Shown here piece by piece: positions 63,167 to 64,000 of a stretch of DNA of 64,000 nucleotides (position 1 is the first letter of the stretch; each line of letters opens with the position of its first letter). Below the pieces are notes generated by a model, which made no database searches, had not been told where the DNA came from, and worked only from the letters and a program-made list of their open reading frames with translations. The stretch comes from Camelus dromedarius (lineage: Eukaryota), in the NCBI RefSeq assembly GCF_036321535.1, contig NC_087436.1:85808001-85872000 (forward strand), written 5' to 3'. The position numbers and the translations under genes are program-made.

Positions 63167-63790
63167 GTCAGGGGACCGTGCACTGCTGCCTGGGCCAACT
63201 GCAGCCCCGGGGCCAAGAGCTAAGGGTGATGCTCTTTTCTAAAGCTTGTACAAAATTCAATATTTATATTAAATTTTAATTATTTAAGATTTTAATAATT
63301 ATTTCATTCTTTAAATTATAAAAAGAAAAAGAAGAGTATGCAACAGAGACTGTGTGACGTGCCCCACAAAGCCTAAAGTGCTCCCTCTCCGGCCCTTCAC
63401 AGAAAAGGGCTGCCCGAGGGCCTTCGCGACCGGCAGCAGCATTGGCATTGCTTGGGAGTTTGTTAGAAATGCAGAGTATCTGGTGCGTCCCGGAACTCCT
63501 GAATCAGAACATACTTTCTGACAAGGGCCCCCAGTGATCTGTGAACACAGAGAAGTTTGGGCAGCCTCAGCCCTGGGCCTAGGTGTTTCCTGGATTTGGT
63601 GGCTATGAGGCAGACTCTGGCGCTCCACTGCATGGGTTCAAATCCTCAGTTCATCACTTCCTCGCAGAGCAACTGGGAAAGTCCTTTTATCTTCAGCAAG
63701 CCCTGTTTCCGCACATCTGAAATGGGATCATCGTAGTTACCACCTAAAAGGGTATTTGTGAGGCTGAATTCGAGGAAATAGCCCAAAATA
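63167..63790. mobile_element. MER58-like, MER5A-like and MIR elements in tandem
   Basis: cacaaagcctaaag...cccttcacagaaaa; gggagtttgttagaaatgcaga; gggttcaaatcctcagttc...tctgaaatgggatc. Confidence 0.75.
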
Positions 63791-64000
63791 GGGGTTCAAT
63801 AACATTAGATTTTATGTCTACTGTATTGTTTCCAATGTCAGCCCACTGGTTCTCTCTGCCTCGGATCAGGGGGACATACTTTGCATAGATTACCCAGAGC
63901 TTCAGCGGTGACGCGCTTGAGCGTTTCCTCAGAATCCCGGCTATGCAAATACTCTGAGTCAGCAGGTGAGAAGGGAGCAAGCCTGTGCTCAGCCCCGCCT

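Overview
Mammalian non-coding DNA, most likely from a camelid (camel, llama or alpaca). The lineage call rests on several tRNA-Ala-derived SINEs of the Vic-1 type and on cetartiodactyl/camelid-style L1 3' ends. I found no protein-coding exon that I could recognise. The six-frame ORFs are either chance ORFs or L1 ORF2 debris. Roughly half the window is interspersed repeat: ancient L2, MIR and L3; L1M; MaLR/ERVL LTRs; hAT and Tigger MITEs; and younger SINE/L1 insertions with clear target-site duplications (TSDs). Nine N runs of 129-225 nt all lie inside repeats. The observations most worth follow-up are a candidate unannotated plus-strand promoter with spliced non-coding exons near 25.1-30.5 kb, a young CpG-rich solo LTR, a twin-primed 5'-inverted L1, a local inverted duplication of about 100 bp, a 38-bp L1 with a 16-bp TSD, and several enhancer-like motif clusters (ISRE, octamer+MARE). 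I found no evidence of a novel coding system or an endogenous viral ORF. Repeat subfamily names come from my recollection of consensus sequences, not from a database search, and boundaries are approximate unless a TSD is quoted.
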